DNA of 64,000 nt from Daphnia carinata. Taxonomy: Eukaryota. The DNA lies in assembly GCF_022539665.2 (NCBI RefSeq), contig NC_081331.1, positions 10,540,001-10,604,000 of the forward strand, given 5' to 3'. The position numbers were made by a program, and so were the translations under genes. Every line of letters begins with the position of its first letter. The first letter of the stretch is position 1. Positions 14,101 to 27,430 of this stretch are shown here, piece by piece. The notes under the pieces are model-generated. The model was not told the DNA's origin and ran no database searches. It worked only from the letters and a program-made list of their open reading frames with translations.

Positions 14101-14469
14101 CCTTTCACTTTCATTGATCTTATCAACAGTCTTCTGATACAAATCCCATAAAGTACATGCATCTTGATACTCAGTTGATTGTTCTGGGTAAAATGTTTTG
14201 GCATTTTTAACCAGAAGTTCAATGTCAACAGTCATTTGATCCAAGTCTTCATATTCATCTGTTCGAATCTTCTGTTGAATTCTCAACAGATCAATTGGGT
14301 TGGAAACCACATCATAATAAGCAGGCTCTTGCCTTCTCTTAGGAGCTCTGATCAGAGCATCGCACAGCAACGCTCCGTCTTCTTTTTTAAAGTTTCGAAT
14401 CACATCGTACGCCTGCTGACAAATTTCAACCGGGTCCAGCCGGCGGCGTTTCCTGGAATTCTCTGCCAT
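8138..14469 (-). CDS. PBRM1: Polybromo-1 / BAF180 (PBAF subunit), multi-exon
   Basis: Tandem bromodomains (YYDVVSNPIDL, YPDYYQVIENPIDL, YYQEIKNPISL, CRQYNEEGS, CRYNEPDS, SRTDSQVFED), two BAH domains (YHVGDVVYVE..WFCRPNET, LRTGDCVYV) and an HMG box (VTGYIIYSGEVRK..FGEVSRLVGNEWR). The last exon ends ..LWNLREHMLKDTLNISNLFN* with the stop at 8138-8140. Confidence 0.97.
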
Positions 14470-15117
14470 TCTCCGAGAAGGAAACTTTCGATTTCACTTA
14501 ATTCTTCCAGTCAAAGAGGCCGTAATTTTTTAAAGTACGAATATAATAAAGACTGTCACGAGGGTTAAAGAATCGTTAAAAATGAAAACGAAACGCCTAT
14601 ATATAAAAAAGTTTGTAGACGCTTTACCTTAGAGCTTGAACGTTGCCAAGCATGTAAAAAGTGGTTTTCCACATTTGTTTTTTTCTTTGGTTTTCTATGG
14701 AATCCCGCCAAAATTATTCTTCAGCATGTCAAAATTTAAATCTAACTATTATTTTTTTCTCTCTACATTATTACAGACGAACAAGGTGGTAAAGCATTGT
14801 GGAAGACAAAACATTTTTTAATACTGTGTCGGCTTCACCTTACATTTAGAATATGAAACTCTTTCTCTATGTCCCGTCAAAGCAAAACAATTTGAGCGGT
14901 GGAATCGTTAGCCAACGAATAACTTACATCCCACATATATTTTTCTTCCATTAAAAAAGAGGTCCCAATAATTTGTAGCATTACAACAAAACATGATGAA
15001 CCCTATCCTTTCAGATTTCATGTTCACAGCAGTGTAATAGGCGACAAAGAAATTCTCAATAAAAAATCTTAGAGAAATTGTACTGTTAACGTCGATTTAC
15101 CAGGGAAACAGGGAAAC

Positions 15118-16406
15118 TCACGAAGTTTTAGGCAAACTATTTATAATTTCAGACAAATCGTTAGGTTTCACCGGATGATAGTTCAGCCTCTTCCTAGCTT
15201 TGTCTACAGAAAAGTAATGGGTAACACCTGTTTTGTAAAGTTCCGTAGGCGTAAGAAATGGAGTAAAGTCGAAAAACCGGTAAACGGCGCTATAAACAAA
15301 ATGAACTAAAAACACAAGTATATACATAAACCACATGGGTAATTTAGCAGTGGGAAATGGTTGGCCATAGTATTCCATTAATGGCTTGAAATATTCAAGA
15401 TTATTTACGGGACAACCATCGGAAAGAAAAAATGCTTCACCCCCTATTCCAGGAATATCTCGATCTGGATCAGACAATTTCAATGCAGCTTTCACATGCC
15501 CTTGAACTACATTTTCTATTCCAATAAAATCGACCTTGCCACCGTGTGAATCATAGTAATTAAACCGAACTAGGCCCTTACGGATGGCATCCAGCACACG
15601 CGGTAAGTGTCTTGATTCGCCTGGTCCTATAACACCAGCTAATCTTAACGCGCACGTCTGTAGATCATGGCGTCCGTTGCTAACCAGAACCAGTTGTTCG
15701 GCAATCGATTTCGTACGAGAATAGTGATCAACATGACGATGTAAGGGAAAGTAAGGTAGACTTTCGTCTCCGTTGATTATGGCATCTCCGCCAAAGACGA
15801 CGTTGTAGGTACTTGTGTAAACCAGACCTCTGACATGATTGTGTGCGCATGCCTCGATGACGTTCCGTGTGCCCTGGACATTAACTTCTTCCACTTTGTC
15901 AAAATAGGGTGGCATTTGCTCACGTCCAGACATACCATAGGAAGCTACAGTACAATCCACAAATAGTTTGATTATTGGATTGATTTTAATGTTAAATAAA
16001 TAAAAGATGGAATGATGGCTATATACCAGTATGGATGACACAAGTCATGTGTTGTGTAAGCTGCATTAGTAGGGTGATGTCCCTTACATCTCCTAAATTA
16101 AAATTGAGAAAAAAAAATATCAATATAGTCCTAGAGGGTTAGGTATCAGTTCTGGGAGAAAAGCCATCATTCACCTTTAATAAATGTCATAGTCCCATAT
16201 GAACAAGATATGTGTTCTCTATTACAGCCATCACTTCCATTTGCAGAATGAAAATAACTCATATTTGGATCCCACTTTTTGGAAGGATAATTGGTGTCAA
16301 AGAGTGTGACTTCATGTTGAAGCTCAAGAAGTTGCAGACCTATGTGGAAACCGATATAACCACCGCCACCGGTTATGAGAAACTTGTAAGAAAGATGGCT
16401 ATTCAT
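15118..16406 (-). CDS. SDR42E1: Short-chain dehydrogenase/reductase 42E1-like (3-beta-HSD family)
   Basis: Exons 16406-16175, 16092-16027 and 15944-15118. Rossmann TGGGGYIG, YTSTYNVVFGG, catalytic YSRTK, and GVTHYFS..KA near the C-terminus. Confidence 0.9.
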
Positions 16407-17531
16407 TGCTTAACGTTTCAAACGATAACCGAAGAATTCACGTTCTGTTGTACTGTCACTTTTCGTTTTCCTTTTGATTAATTTGGTTTTCATATTGGTC
16501 GTCTGCTTTGCTATCTGATAATAACGTTGTTGTCAAATTGATATCAACGTCTTTAAACAGGGAAATGCAGCATGCAGGCAAGCTAAGAATTGAAAAATGA
16601 GATGTGTTTGCATTTGCAACCAGTAACATACATTCTGTTGTGTTGAGCTTGTAATATTATAAAAACTGTAACTTGGAATATTTTTGAAAAAAAATGTAAA
16701 TAAAGAAAATTGGGCGAATTAAACTACAAAGATTTGAGATATTGATAGAAATCTAAATACGGGTACGCATACCCAATGCCCTTCAACTAGAAACAGAGTT
16801 TGCTAGTTAAAGTTCTTAGTGACTTTTGAAAGTTCACCAGCAGTAGTTTTAACACTAGTTTTCACTGTTGTTGTTAGGGCTCAATGGCACACCATTCCTT
16901 AAGATGGACGGAAATAAAAATTAAAAATTAATTAAATATTTATTTGCAATTATTATTGCAATTTAATTAAATTAATTAAAATGCATGTCTCACCCCTTTC
17001 CTCCTCACCCCGAGAGAACCCAATCCAGAGGACGCCACAAGCCAGTATGGTGTCCCACAAACCTAAAAAAAAGTATTCGGGAAAGCTGGGAAATTAACTG
17101 CATATTAAAGAATTCACAAGGAAGGGATATTTCCCGTTTTGTGTTGAAAATTTGTTTACCTAGGGTTTCTTTTAAAATTTTTTACTGTTGTCATAGGGCT
17201 AGCAGACATAATGTACTGGTTTAGCCAGTATTTCTCAAAAACCTGTTCCTATTGGTGAAAATGATGGGCTAGTTTTTAAATCGATTTCCCTAGGCTAAAA
17301 AAAGCCAGAGACCTAACACGTAGTCTATTAGGTTGTGTAGGTCAATATAACTATTCATTTCAATGTTCTACCTTATGAACTATCCTATATGGCTTGATCT
17401 AACTTGTTCACCATCTCAGGTTAGAGCAACCGCTACATGTACGTTCCAGTTGACATTTTTGTCGTATTGTAAAGCCAATGACGTAACTATTAAGACCATC
17501 TCTGTTGAAGTTCTTACCGTTTTATTACGCC

Positions 17532-18809
17532 ATGAGTAAAGAATCTTACCGTTTTCTTGCCACTGGTGGTGCAGGTCCCATTGGTTTTCGCATAGCCATA
17601 GGTTTTCTTCAACTAAAACATGAGGTGCTACTCTTCGATATCAACTACCCCACACAAAAATGGGATTCCAATGTCCGATTTTCTTCTGATGACAACAGTG
17701 GAGAAATGGAAGAAATGACGTGTTCGTTTGGAAAGATGAATTTTGTCCAAGGTAATTGTTTCCATAAATTTTTTCATCACTACAGACAATTATCGTCGAT
17801 TTGCTGTATCGATCTTAGGAGATGTACGAGACATTAACGTACTGATGAAAATTACCAAAACATTACTTGTGTCATCCATACTGGTAAATCTTTATCGAGT
17901 CCTAGATCTAAAGGCATTCGTTTATTTACTCGATTCCAAATTAAACTTCAAATTCATTAATCATTTGGTTATGGAATGTCCGGCCAACAGCAAATGCCTC
18001 GTTACATTGGCGTAATGGAAGACATCTATGTGCATGGAACACGAAACGTTATCGAGGCGTGCGCACATAACCACGTCAGAGTTCTGGTGTACACGAGTAG
18101 CTCCAACAATACCTTTGGTGGAGATGTCATACTAAACGGGGACGAAAATTTACCTTACTTTCCTTTACATCGCCACGTTGATCACTCTTCTCGCACGAAA
18201 GCCATTGCCGAACAACTGGTTCTTACCAGCAATGGAAGGGGTGAACTACGAACGTGCGCCTTAAAACTGCCAGGTGTTATCGGACCAGGAGACACCCGAA
18301 TTTTGCCGCGCCTTGCTTGGGCTGTACGTAACGGGCTTCTTGTATTTACCTTCGCCGACAAACACGGTTCTTTTATTGATTGGATCGGGAGGGATAACGC
18401 TGTCCAGGGACATGTCAAGGCTGCGTTAAAACTGGCTGATCTTGATCCCACGAGTTCTGAAATAGGAGGACAAGCTTTCTTTCTTTCCGAAGAACAACCA
18501 ATGCCTTTTTCTCAGTACACCAAACCGTTATATCATCATTACGGCCAGCCTTTACCCACTACTTCCATTGTGGCTCATGCAGTTCGTTATTCTTTCAGTT
18601 ATCTGGGTACAAAGTTTACTGTCTGTTTTCTCATTAGACTTTGTTCCACTTTGCAATTATTCTGAAGTTTAAAAAATGGCCATCACTCACTACTTTTCCA
18701 TTGACAAAGCCAGAAAATATTTAGGTTACGAACCAGTAAAACCAATTATTTGTCTGACGTAATCTACCGTTTAGCGGAAGACGAAGCGCAGCAACGTTTA
18801 TGTTTTTAA
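17532..18809 (+). pseudogene. Inverted duplicate of the SDR42E1-like gene, disrupted
   Basis: Colinear with the 15118-16406 copy, including intron positions. Lesions: 1-nt deletion near 17858, acceptor AG changed to AT at 17963-17964, catalytic Tyr changed to Ser (HSSRTK, 18186-18188), frameshift near 18561, premature TAA at 18670-18672. Confidence 0.85.
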
Positions 18810-20081
18810 CTGGGCAAAATTATGCTTTTATATTTAATTCGATGCAAAATATACTACATCGGAAAAGATCTAAAAAAACAGAGAACATGTCTAACTAGTA
18901 TGCTAGAACAATAGTATAAATGGTAATCAATGCTTAATTAACACTCATTAAAGAACGCTTTATGACTCTGTTAACAGTTTTTAAAAGTGGGTTGAATTAG
19001 AAACAAATTATTTGCGCATTTAACAATTGTAAGTCGTCTGATATACTTGGTTTCATCCAGTGTGTAAAGCCAGATTCAGTTAATAAAAGGACGTCTTTGA
19101 CTGGTCGAGTAATTGCCCTATGTAATTCGGGTTTAAATGAGAAAAAACAAATTTAGAAATATAATTATTCTTTAACGTTTTTGAAGCGCAATTATACAGA
19201 GAACAGAATCTAAAACGAATTTCAAAAAAGCTATGCAAACTGTTCCGAGCTTCTTAATTTAAACGAACAATTTATGGGACCCAATTAGAGCCGTAGACTA
19301 CAGCTGGAAACCCCGGCGGACAGTAGTCTTGGAAATAATCCAATCAACGGTCAAATCGTTTCTTTCTGTAGCAAAGGGGACATTTTGCAAAGCCTGTACA
19401 AAAACGAATTCTTAATTATAGTAGCCAAACGGAACACGCTTTGTGCATCATGCCAACTATTCGATTTACGTTCAACTAAACAGGACATCAAAGAAAACGG
19501 AACATCTGATAAATAAAGCACTTATGTAGAAATGCACGTCCTATTATTAGCTTCAAACTGGTAGGAAATTAGTGCTTATCATCTTAAAAGATAAAACGAG
19601 TTGCATATTTTAAATATCAAGTTCAAAAAAAAAGAAGAATGGAGGGCGTTCGCTGCATATTGACATTCGGGATCGGATTGTAATTTGGGGAGAGTGTTCG
19701 AAGTTGTATAAAGCGATTCTATATTACCTCTTTTGTCTGCTCGTTGAGTGATCCTTGTAAAATTATAAACATTCCATTTTTTGTGCGAAATTCTGATAGC
19801 AAGTAGCAAAAAATAAGTAAACACGCTCCATTTGCTTTTGGCCATTCGGTAACGCATCATCGACGTTAAGTGGTAGAGGAAGTTCAGTCGACTGATATAT
19901 CACAATTATACACGTTCATTGGCCGGATAGTTCTTAGATTGGTTTAGGATACGCGTTTGTATAATAGCGTTTATTTTTTTTTTTTTTTTCTTTCTTTTTT
20001 TTTTTTTCCTTAGTATTCCATCCATTTCGTGAAACATCCAACACGTTATATTATATCTTCATATGCAGACCTATTGAATAT

Positions 20082-23000
20082 TCATTGCACTGGGTCTGCA
20101 TCGTTGGTTTTCTCAACAGGGGCGCATGTCGGTTGGGTGATATTGATCATCAATTGCGTTACGTGTCTCGTCGGTGATGGTGGCACTGGATTAGCATCGG
20201 CCATTGTAATATCAGTCTGCTGCTCTTCAACTTTGGCATCAGAACAAGTTTCTTCCATCGGCTCGTCTGGCTGAGGTGGAACGTTTTCCACTGTGGCTTC
20301 TCCAACTGTGGTTTCTCCAACTTCTCCTTCGTTCGATCTTTCTATGCCATTGAGAAGTTTCGATTCCAACAAATTGATGCAACGAGTGATGGAAGCGATC
20401 GCTTGTCTGCGTGCAGCCCTGACATCATCTCGACCCTCCACCTGTACATTATCTAACTTGAGTAATAATCTTGTCAGCCTGTAAATAAAGAGAGTGTTTT
20501 CATTAAATTTAATGATGAATAAAACAGAATCGAAAAGTGATCTAGAATACATTTCATCCAAGAAAAGAAAACCCCGGTCGTGACGATCGCCTCTGAATTC
20601 TTCGATACGTGGCAGAAGGCTCTCTGTTTCGCGTTGGATTCGGTCAATTAGCTCCAAATCTGTAGCAGTTTGGATGCCAGCCGAAGCCGTAGATCCTGCT
20701 GATTTTCCAGAATCATCCGATAGTCGATCGTACGGTAGCGGGATAGGCACGGAACCATCCCGTACCTCCTCCTTCTGTTCGACTTTAATCAGCTTTTCCG
20801 TCTTGCTCGGTTTTTCAGCCATCGGATTACTCGTAGAAATCGGTATCTGCGTAACTGGAACAGTCTTTTCAACAGACGGATAGAACGGCATAGGGATGGC
20901 TGTTTTGCTTCTCTTTTCCGCATCTGAAAATTGGCCACCCTCCTCCGCCACGGATGGCAGAAGCGGCTCGTCTCGCCCTTCTACCATGATCGGAATGTGA
21001 CGGATATTGTTACCGCTTCCGCTGCTTGAGTTGTGATGATGATGTATCGTACGTCGACCAAGACCTGGCGAATCAGTCATTTGAATATTTTCCCGTTGAT
21101 TGTTGGCAGCATTGTTGGCAGCTTGCGGGACGGTCGTAGCGAACATGCGCCTTGGACTGCCCATGGAAGCATTATTCTCGCTGTCGGCATGTGGTGCTAC
21201 TGGAGGAGCAGAACTGGCCCTACAAAATCCACTTTTGGGCGAGGCTGCTGGACTGCCAGCGGGAAAGTCACCCGTAGCGCTTCTGGCCGCCGGTTTGGGA
21301 ATACGGGTTCTTGTGCTGGGCGAATCACTCCTGCCCATTTTACTGTGTTGGGCTGAACCCTGCCAAGCAACGTAATAGCCACGCGATTAATGACAAGAAT
21401 CGTGAATCATGAGAGAATATAATAAAAAAAAGACGTAAAAGGTCAGCGAGCATCGATCTAACAACCAAACTAAACAATCGTTGAATAGTTGCATTAATCA
21501 ATAGCTTTAAGAACAAAAAAAAATATATTGGAATTATATCAAGATCGATAGAGGAATTTCCATTGAAAACAAGAAAAATTTGAATACCAAATCAGATTGT
21601 GCTGTTGTTGGCCTTGTATTTTCAGATGTTGGGCCGCCACTGCCGGCGCTCGAATTGCTTCCGGCGCTACGACCACTGCCACCAGAGGGCCAACGCTGTC
21701 GACTTCCGGCGCTGGCACGTCCAAAAGAAGATGCTAGATCCGCGTCATCCTCAGTCATCCATGCCGGAATATCATCTTGGTGGAAAGCGTAGTTAGAATG
21801 ATGTGGGTGGTGGTGTTGGGGCAGCGGCCTATCGGCGCCAGAGAACGCCCGTCGGGCCGTTTCCGTAAATGGGAATCCCGTCTAACAACAATAACAAATT
21901 ATAATTGGCTATTCCACACAACTAATTGCAAAATAACATTCAAAGAGAAGGAAAACTTTCTATCAATAAGTGAAATGGAGCAAATCAAGTTTTGATCCCA
22001 TCAAGGACCCTTGGTTTGGCCTTATTGATCTGCTAGATTGCCGTGCCAAAATGGCTTTGCCCCAAACATTGCCTGAGCTCTTTTTCTAACCGTATCAGCG
22101 GAAGGATCGACCCAGTGACGGACGTTTAATTTTAGAGTGGCCACCTACTCCACCCGCAAAAAGGCACTTTTTTTTAAAGAGCTTGCATCTGCTTCTGACT
22201 GAAACCAGCACGGTTCTTGTTATTGTTATTCTTTAGATTACGTCCAGTGCCGCAGAAGATGCGTACACAACGCAGGGAATTGCTGAAGGTGATAACTTCA
22301 AACAAAGTTTCATGTGGTATATCGTTCGTACGACAACTACCATACATAAAGTTAAAGAAAACGGAAAGAAAATGTGGAAAAAAGAAGGAAGTTTTGGAGT
22401 TTTCAACTGGAACTGATTCAAAGCTTTCATGTCTCTATTTTTATCTCTCTTCTACATCTGTCCCCTTTTCGAATGGTGTGTACTCAACAGCCTGGATGAG
22501 AAAGCAAAAATACAAAAAAAAAATGATGCATCCCTCTCCTCCAAAAAAAAAGGAAGTTGCAAAAGCGCAGTATATAGCGAAATTCCAGAACAGGCAATTG
22601 GTGCCTTTACGGTATAATTTTGGCCATGGAAGGAGTATATCGCTACCGGACGAGGAGCATCGTTAAAGTCACGCGGCGGACCCTGGATGCCGAAAAGATA
22701 TCTTTCAGACCATTTCTTATACGAATGCTTGTCTCTTGTTCTTTATCATTCGATCGATCGGCCAATGGGAAGCCAACGGGAGCTACACCTCAATAACAAA
22801 TAGTTCGCATCGATGTATCAAGGGAAAAGTGCCAAAATGCTATCTTCTTTTTTTTTGCGTTACTTATTGCGAATATCTGGGACGGCAAGGGCGGTAGACA
22901 TACATGCATAGGCGGGCTGTGTTCCAAAAAGCCCTTATTACGTAGGACCAAATGTTGAGACTAAAAGGAGGTCAAATGGGGGAGAAAAAAAGAACGTCGA

Positions 23001-23663
23001 ATACAAAAAAAAAAAAAAGAAAGAAAAAAAAACCCGCGGGAGATAAAAGTCGGAGAAATCAGAACCCCGACTGAACACTTTCTCTTGGGCACATCAAAAT
23101 GAAACACGAAAAACAAATCAAGGAAAAGAAAGGAAGATGGATTTTCTCTTATTCTCCATTTTCTTTGTGGGAATGTTTGCCGTAACGGGCTAGGCAATTT
23201 CAATTGACGAGTTGCCACCTTATATGGTCTCAACACTATTTCTAGATGTTAGCAGCCAATATTAGAGTACACGTTAGCTTCCTTCCAAAACGTAATAAAA
23301 CGAAGAAAGATGATGTACCTTTTTCTAGATTGTCATATTAAGTAACCAAAAATAAACAAAACAATAACTTACCCGCTGAGCGGCTGATTCCCACTGTGGT
23401 GCCAAACGATCGAAAAACATTTGTCGATGTTTGTCGAGTTCGTCTCGTAACGATTGGATTACTTGGTCACTAGATTTCCGCTGGGCAGTGTTGTGATATT
23501 GTCCAAATGGTGACGACGTTGACGAAGCTGAAGCGGAGGCTGTTGCCGTTGGATCGGTTGGTCGGCCAAAGTGGGAGCGACGATCGCGGAATCCGGAAGG
23601 CGGCCAAGCGAATGTTTGTTCTGAAGTTAAATCTTCTTCAGCACTGGGATCGCGATGAAACAT
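20082..23663 (-). CDS. BAG-domain Hsp70 co-chaperone (BAG3/starvin-like)
   Basis: Exons approx. 23663-23373, 21881-21587, 21360-20550 and 20478-20082 splice in frame. C-terminal BAG domain (LLPRIEEFRG..FLFLDEMLTRLLLKLDNVQVEGRDDVRAARRQAIASI..CINLLESK). IPV-like motifs HIPIMV, QIPIS and VPIPL. Confidence 0.85.
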
Positions 23664-24124
23664 TTCGTTTTCTGGGTAGATACTAGCTCAGTGTTCAATG
23701 GAAGTCTGTTATATATGTTCAATACTTTACGGATGATTACTGTTTCTACGCGCCGCCTCCTTGGGCCGACTTCAGCACCAGAACTGGACAGCCCACATTT
23801 TTACCAGACTGTTCTACCATCTTCCATTTCCCCCGCCTTCGCGATGTTGCCACATCGCTAAGTTCTACTCTCGACGATTCTCGGTTGTTCATACACGAAT
23901 TTTGTTGCGAAACTTTTTTGCCCGTTTTCCCTCGGCCTGTCGAAAATACATGGTTTTAGAAGATGAATGAGAACACTGCATGAGATGCAAACATCGCTTA
24001 TAACTTGGGAATCTTTAAATTTCGTGTGAAAAGTGTGCAGATGAATTGCTCTTTTTGCACATAAGTTGAAGTCTTTGCCCACTTAAGGCCGTGGGTAGCC
24101 GAACGGTTAGTGTTTGCGCTGGAA

Positions 24125-24150
24125 TGACGTCAGCCTAGGCGATGACATCA
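24125..24150. promoter_or_regulatory. CRE-like site TGACGTCA plus variant TGACATCA in the divergent BAG/PTCD1 intergenic region
   Basis: Perfect palindrome TGACGTCA at 24125-24132 and TGACATCA at 24143-24150. Motif match only. Confidence 0.3.
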
Positions 24151-24774
24151 ACTTCTTAGGCCCTCCCTTTCCTCAGGCTCGATTGACTCGAGCAACTGAG
24201 GGTATCGATCAATGGGGTCGGTTTTTCTTGGTTGCCTTCCAACAGTAGTTTATTATCTCGTGTTGTTCTCTGACATTCATATTTTCTTGTCCACGTTCAG
24301 CCAAATACAGTTCTTCAGCCCTGCAGATATATGATGACGACAGTGTCTGTCTTTAGCCCGATGCTTTCATCGTCCTACCGGCGTGCTGATTAGTCATACA
24401 CTTACGGTTCTAACTACCGGTGAATCAGCCTTTTTTCTTGCTGGAAGAATGCCTTTTGTCGTAAAAACCGCCACAGCTGCTTGATGGTGATTGTGCAAAA
24501 CGACATTTGTACCAATTTTTTTATTTATGAGAGATAAGCTGACATGAAGGTAAACACCTTAACTCATTGACACAACGTCTTGAAACGCACTGCATAAATG
24601 TGTTCCATACGGTGGGGGGGAGGGGGGGGGACATTTCCGCTTGTCAGCTCAGTTGTCAGATTTGTCACTACTCGTCAGGTATCATTCTTTGCTCTTTCTG
24701 AATCATTGGGCAACGTAGCGTACTATAAAATAGTCAAGGAAAAATATAAACACGACCGTAGGTCTGCAACCACA

Positions 24775-27164
24775 ATGGCAATGCGTTGGCCGTTTTTGTT
24801 TGGTGTATCACGAATATTAATTCGTCAGAAAAATCATACGTGTGTGCGATATTTTGCTGCGAATGCCACCTCACATATCTCCTCGAACAAAATAGAATTT
24901 GATAGAAAATTGTCGTTCAGACAAAATGATCCTGATGTCTTTGGAACCCTTACTTTGCATGGGAGTCGCGGATCGCAGTCATTAGATTCAATAAATAATC
25001 AAGAGTTGCAAGTGGATGAAGGAGATGTTAAAGAAGAGAAACATCTAAGTTTTCAACCTGCAGACAGAAAGAGTGTTGAAGATTTTGAAAAGGAGATTAG
25101 CCAACTAATTGAAAACCGAAAGTTAAAGGATGCATTGTTTTGTTTGGAAGTAACCATGAAGGAAGATAGAATCCAGCCATCAATAGGAATCTTTTCTTTG
25201 TTAATTGGAGCATGTGGTAGAGCAGGATACAGCAAAAAAGCCTTTAGTCTTTTCAACCAGGTAAATACTCTTGTGAAAAAATTTATCTTTGATCAAGCCA
25301 TCCAAACCTAATGGGTTGTATTCGTCCATACTAGATGAAGAAGAAGGGATTGGACCCTAAAGATTGCCATTATACTGCTCTTTTTAATTCATGTGCAAAC
25401 TCACCATGGAAGGTTGATGGTTTACAAAGGGCAAAAGTATTGAGGCAACAGTTGAACGATAGAAATGTTCTTCTGAATAGAGCCCAGTACCATGCAATGA
25501 TGAAAGGTATTCATCTTTGATAAACTGTGTAACACTAAATCAATTGTTTACCTTTCTAGCGTTTGGTCACTGTGGAGAAATAAACTCAGCTTTGCAAATT
25601 GTGGATGAAATGGTCTCCAATAACCTTGTTGTCACGACAGAGAGCTTTAATTTCTTGCTTCAAGCATGTATCTCATTGCCTGAAGAAGGATTCACCCGGG
25701 CTGTTCTGGTAAAAGATAATAATAATAATAAATAAATTTTCTATAAATCTGCCTAATGCTCTACTTTCCCTGTTGTCTCAAGGTCTGGAGGAAGTTAAGA
25801 AACATGAGAGTTACTCCGTCAATTTTTTCTTACAATCTAATGCTTCGTACCGTCCGCGATTGTGATGCTAAGGAAGTGAATGGCCAACAAAATCTGATTG
25901 AGTCCGTTTTGCGTTTAGAAGAGAAATCAGACTTGCAAGCCAGTAGTATGCTGAACCAGTCAATACTTACAACGTCGGAGTTAACATTAGTTACAGATCA
26001 ACTGACGGTACGTCCGAACTTGCTTGCTGAAAAAATCAAGTCTAGCAATATCATGGCTTTGATTGGCCTAGAAAAAACGGAGAACCGGTACCAAAACCTT
26101 CATTTAGCTGTGATCAGTTAAATAATTTTGGATTCCTTAAATTCATCGCTGAATTTTTGTCTTTAGGTTAGCCCTTTTGGGTGGTATTGAAGGATTTTTG
26201 GAAGAAATGAACAAGGATCACGTTCGACCGGATATCAAGACTTTTTCCCTTCTTCTGGAGACGATAGTATCAAACGAAAAAGAGGAAAAAGTATGCGTCT
26301 CTTTGTTCATTTGGTAAAATATTTTAATTTACAGAAGCATTCTTTTTCAGGTGCTAATGGAACAAATGAAAGCATGCGGAGTTACGCCAGATATAAGCTT
26401 TTTAAACATTTTCATTAAAAAGCGCCAATTTAGGCAAGATTACTACGGAGCTCAGGTATAAAACGGACGCAGAAATTTAGTTTCTTATTTTCTATAAAGT
26501 TAAATTACGTATCTGATATCAGGAAATATTAAGTTACTTTCAAGATTACCAACTTTTTCCGGATATTATGACGTTCGGGGTTCTCGCCTTGGGTTGTCGT
26601 ACTCTTCCAGAAGCCGATTCTCTGCTGAGCGATATGGAAAACGCAGGATTCAGGTTTTTTGTGCAGTTAAACTATACCGTGTGTTTTCGTCTAATTCGTT
26701 TTTTCTTGATTGCACGCAGAATGAACATAGAAATTTTTGGTTGCCTTTTGAAGAATGCGATTGTTCGCAGAAATTGCTTTTACATTGTAGATCTCCTGAA
26801 GCGAGCCGTCAAGATGAATCTAGCTTTAGATGAGAAAGCTGTGAAACTCTTGGATAAGTTCAAAAGAGAAACTAGGGAAGCCATAGCCAAGCATGTAAGT
26901 ATTCCTTCCTTTCCCTATTGCTTGTCTTAATGTTTTTACTTTTAACATTAGGATCGAGGTCTGAAAGTTCCAAAAGTATACGGAGAACGAGGATTTAGGG
27001 AATCTTTTAAAATTTTCTGTCTTGAATACAAACCTCACATGCAAAAGCTTGAATTAGCTCTAGAACCGCATCCCTGGCAACAGTACCGGTACGACTTGTC
27101 GAAAGAAGACCGATCACCCGATCCGCCTTGTCCACTCCCTAGTAAAAAAAACTGTACAAAATAA
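24775..27164 (+). CDS. PTCD1: Pentatricopeptide repeat-containing protein 1, mitochondrial
   Basis: Mitochondrial-type N-terminus, DPDVFGTL motif, and PPR repeats ([74 protein letters not shown]). Last exon 26952-27164 contains HPWQQY. Confidence 0.9.
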
Positions 27165-27430
27165 AAAGTAAATAATTTCATAAATGAAAGAGGCTCTGTA
27201 TTTATTTATTTATTTTTTTTTTTTTTGCAATATCGATTTTTTTTAAAGACGATTCATACAATATGGCACTCAATTTTTCTTGATACGCTCGCCATCAGAA
27301 CTTAGCCCATGGCTAGTATTCGAATCACAACCTGGACGAGAAATAATTCCTGGTCCGGATATCCAGGATATGCGAAAAATCTGACTTTGGTCTCCAGTAG
27401 AAGCGTTGCCCGGTCTTCCACTTATCAGGT

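Noticed and set aside
16915..17310. AT-rich palindromic or MITE-like sequence between the SDR copies
   Set aside because: No clear terminal inverted repeats or target-site duplication were found.
23860..23885. Heat-shock element upstream of the BAG gene
   Set aside because: Only degenerate nGAAn units are present, which is indistinguishable from chance.
24598..24774. N-terminal extension of the PTCD1 ORF with a G-run
   Set aside because: The ATG at 24775 gives a proper mitochondrial-type presequence. The upstream part is likely UTR or promoter.
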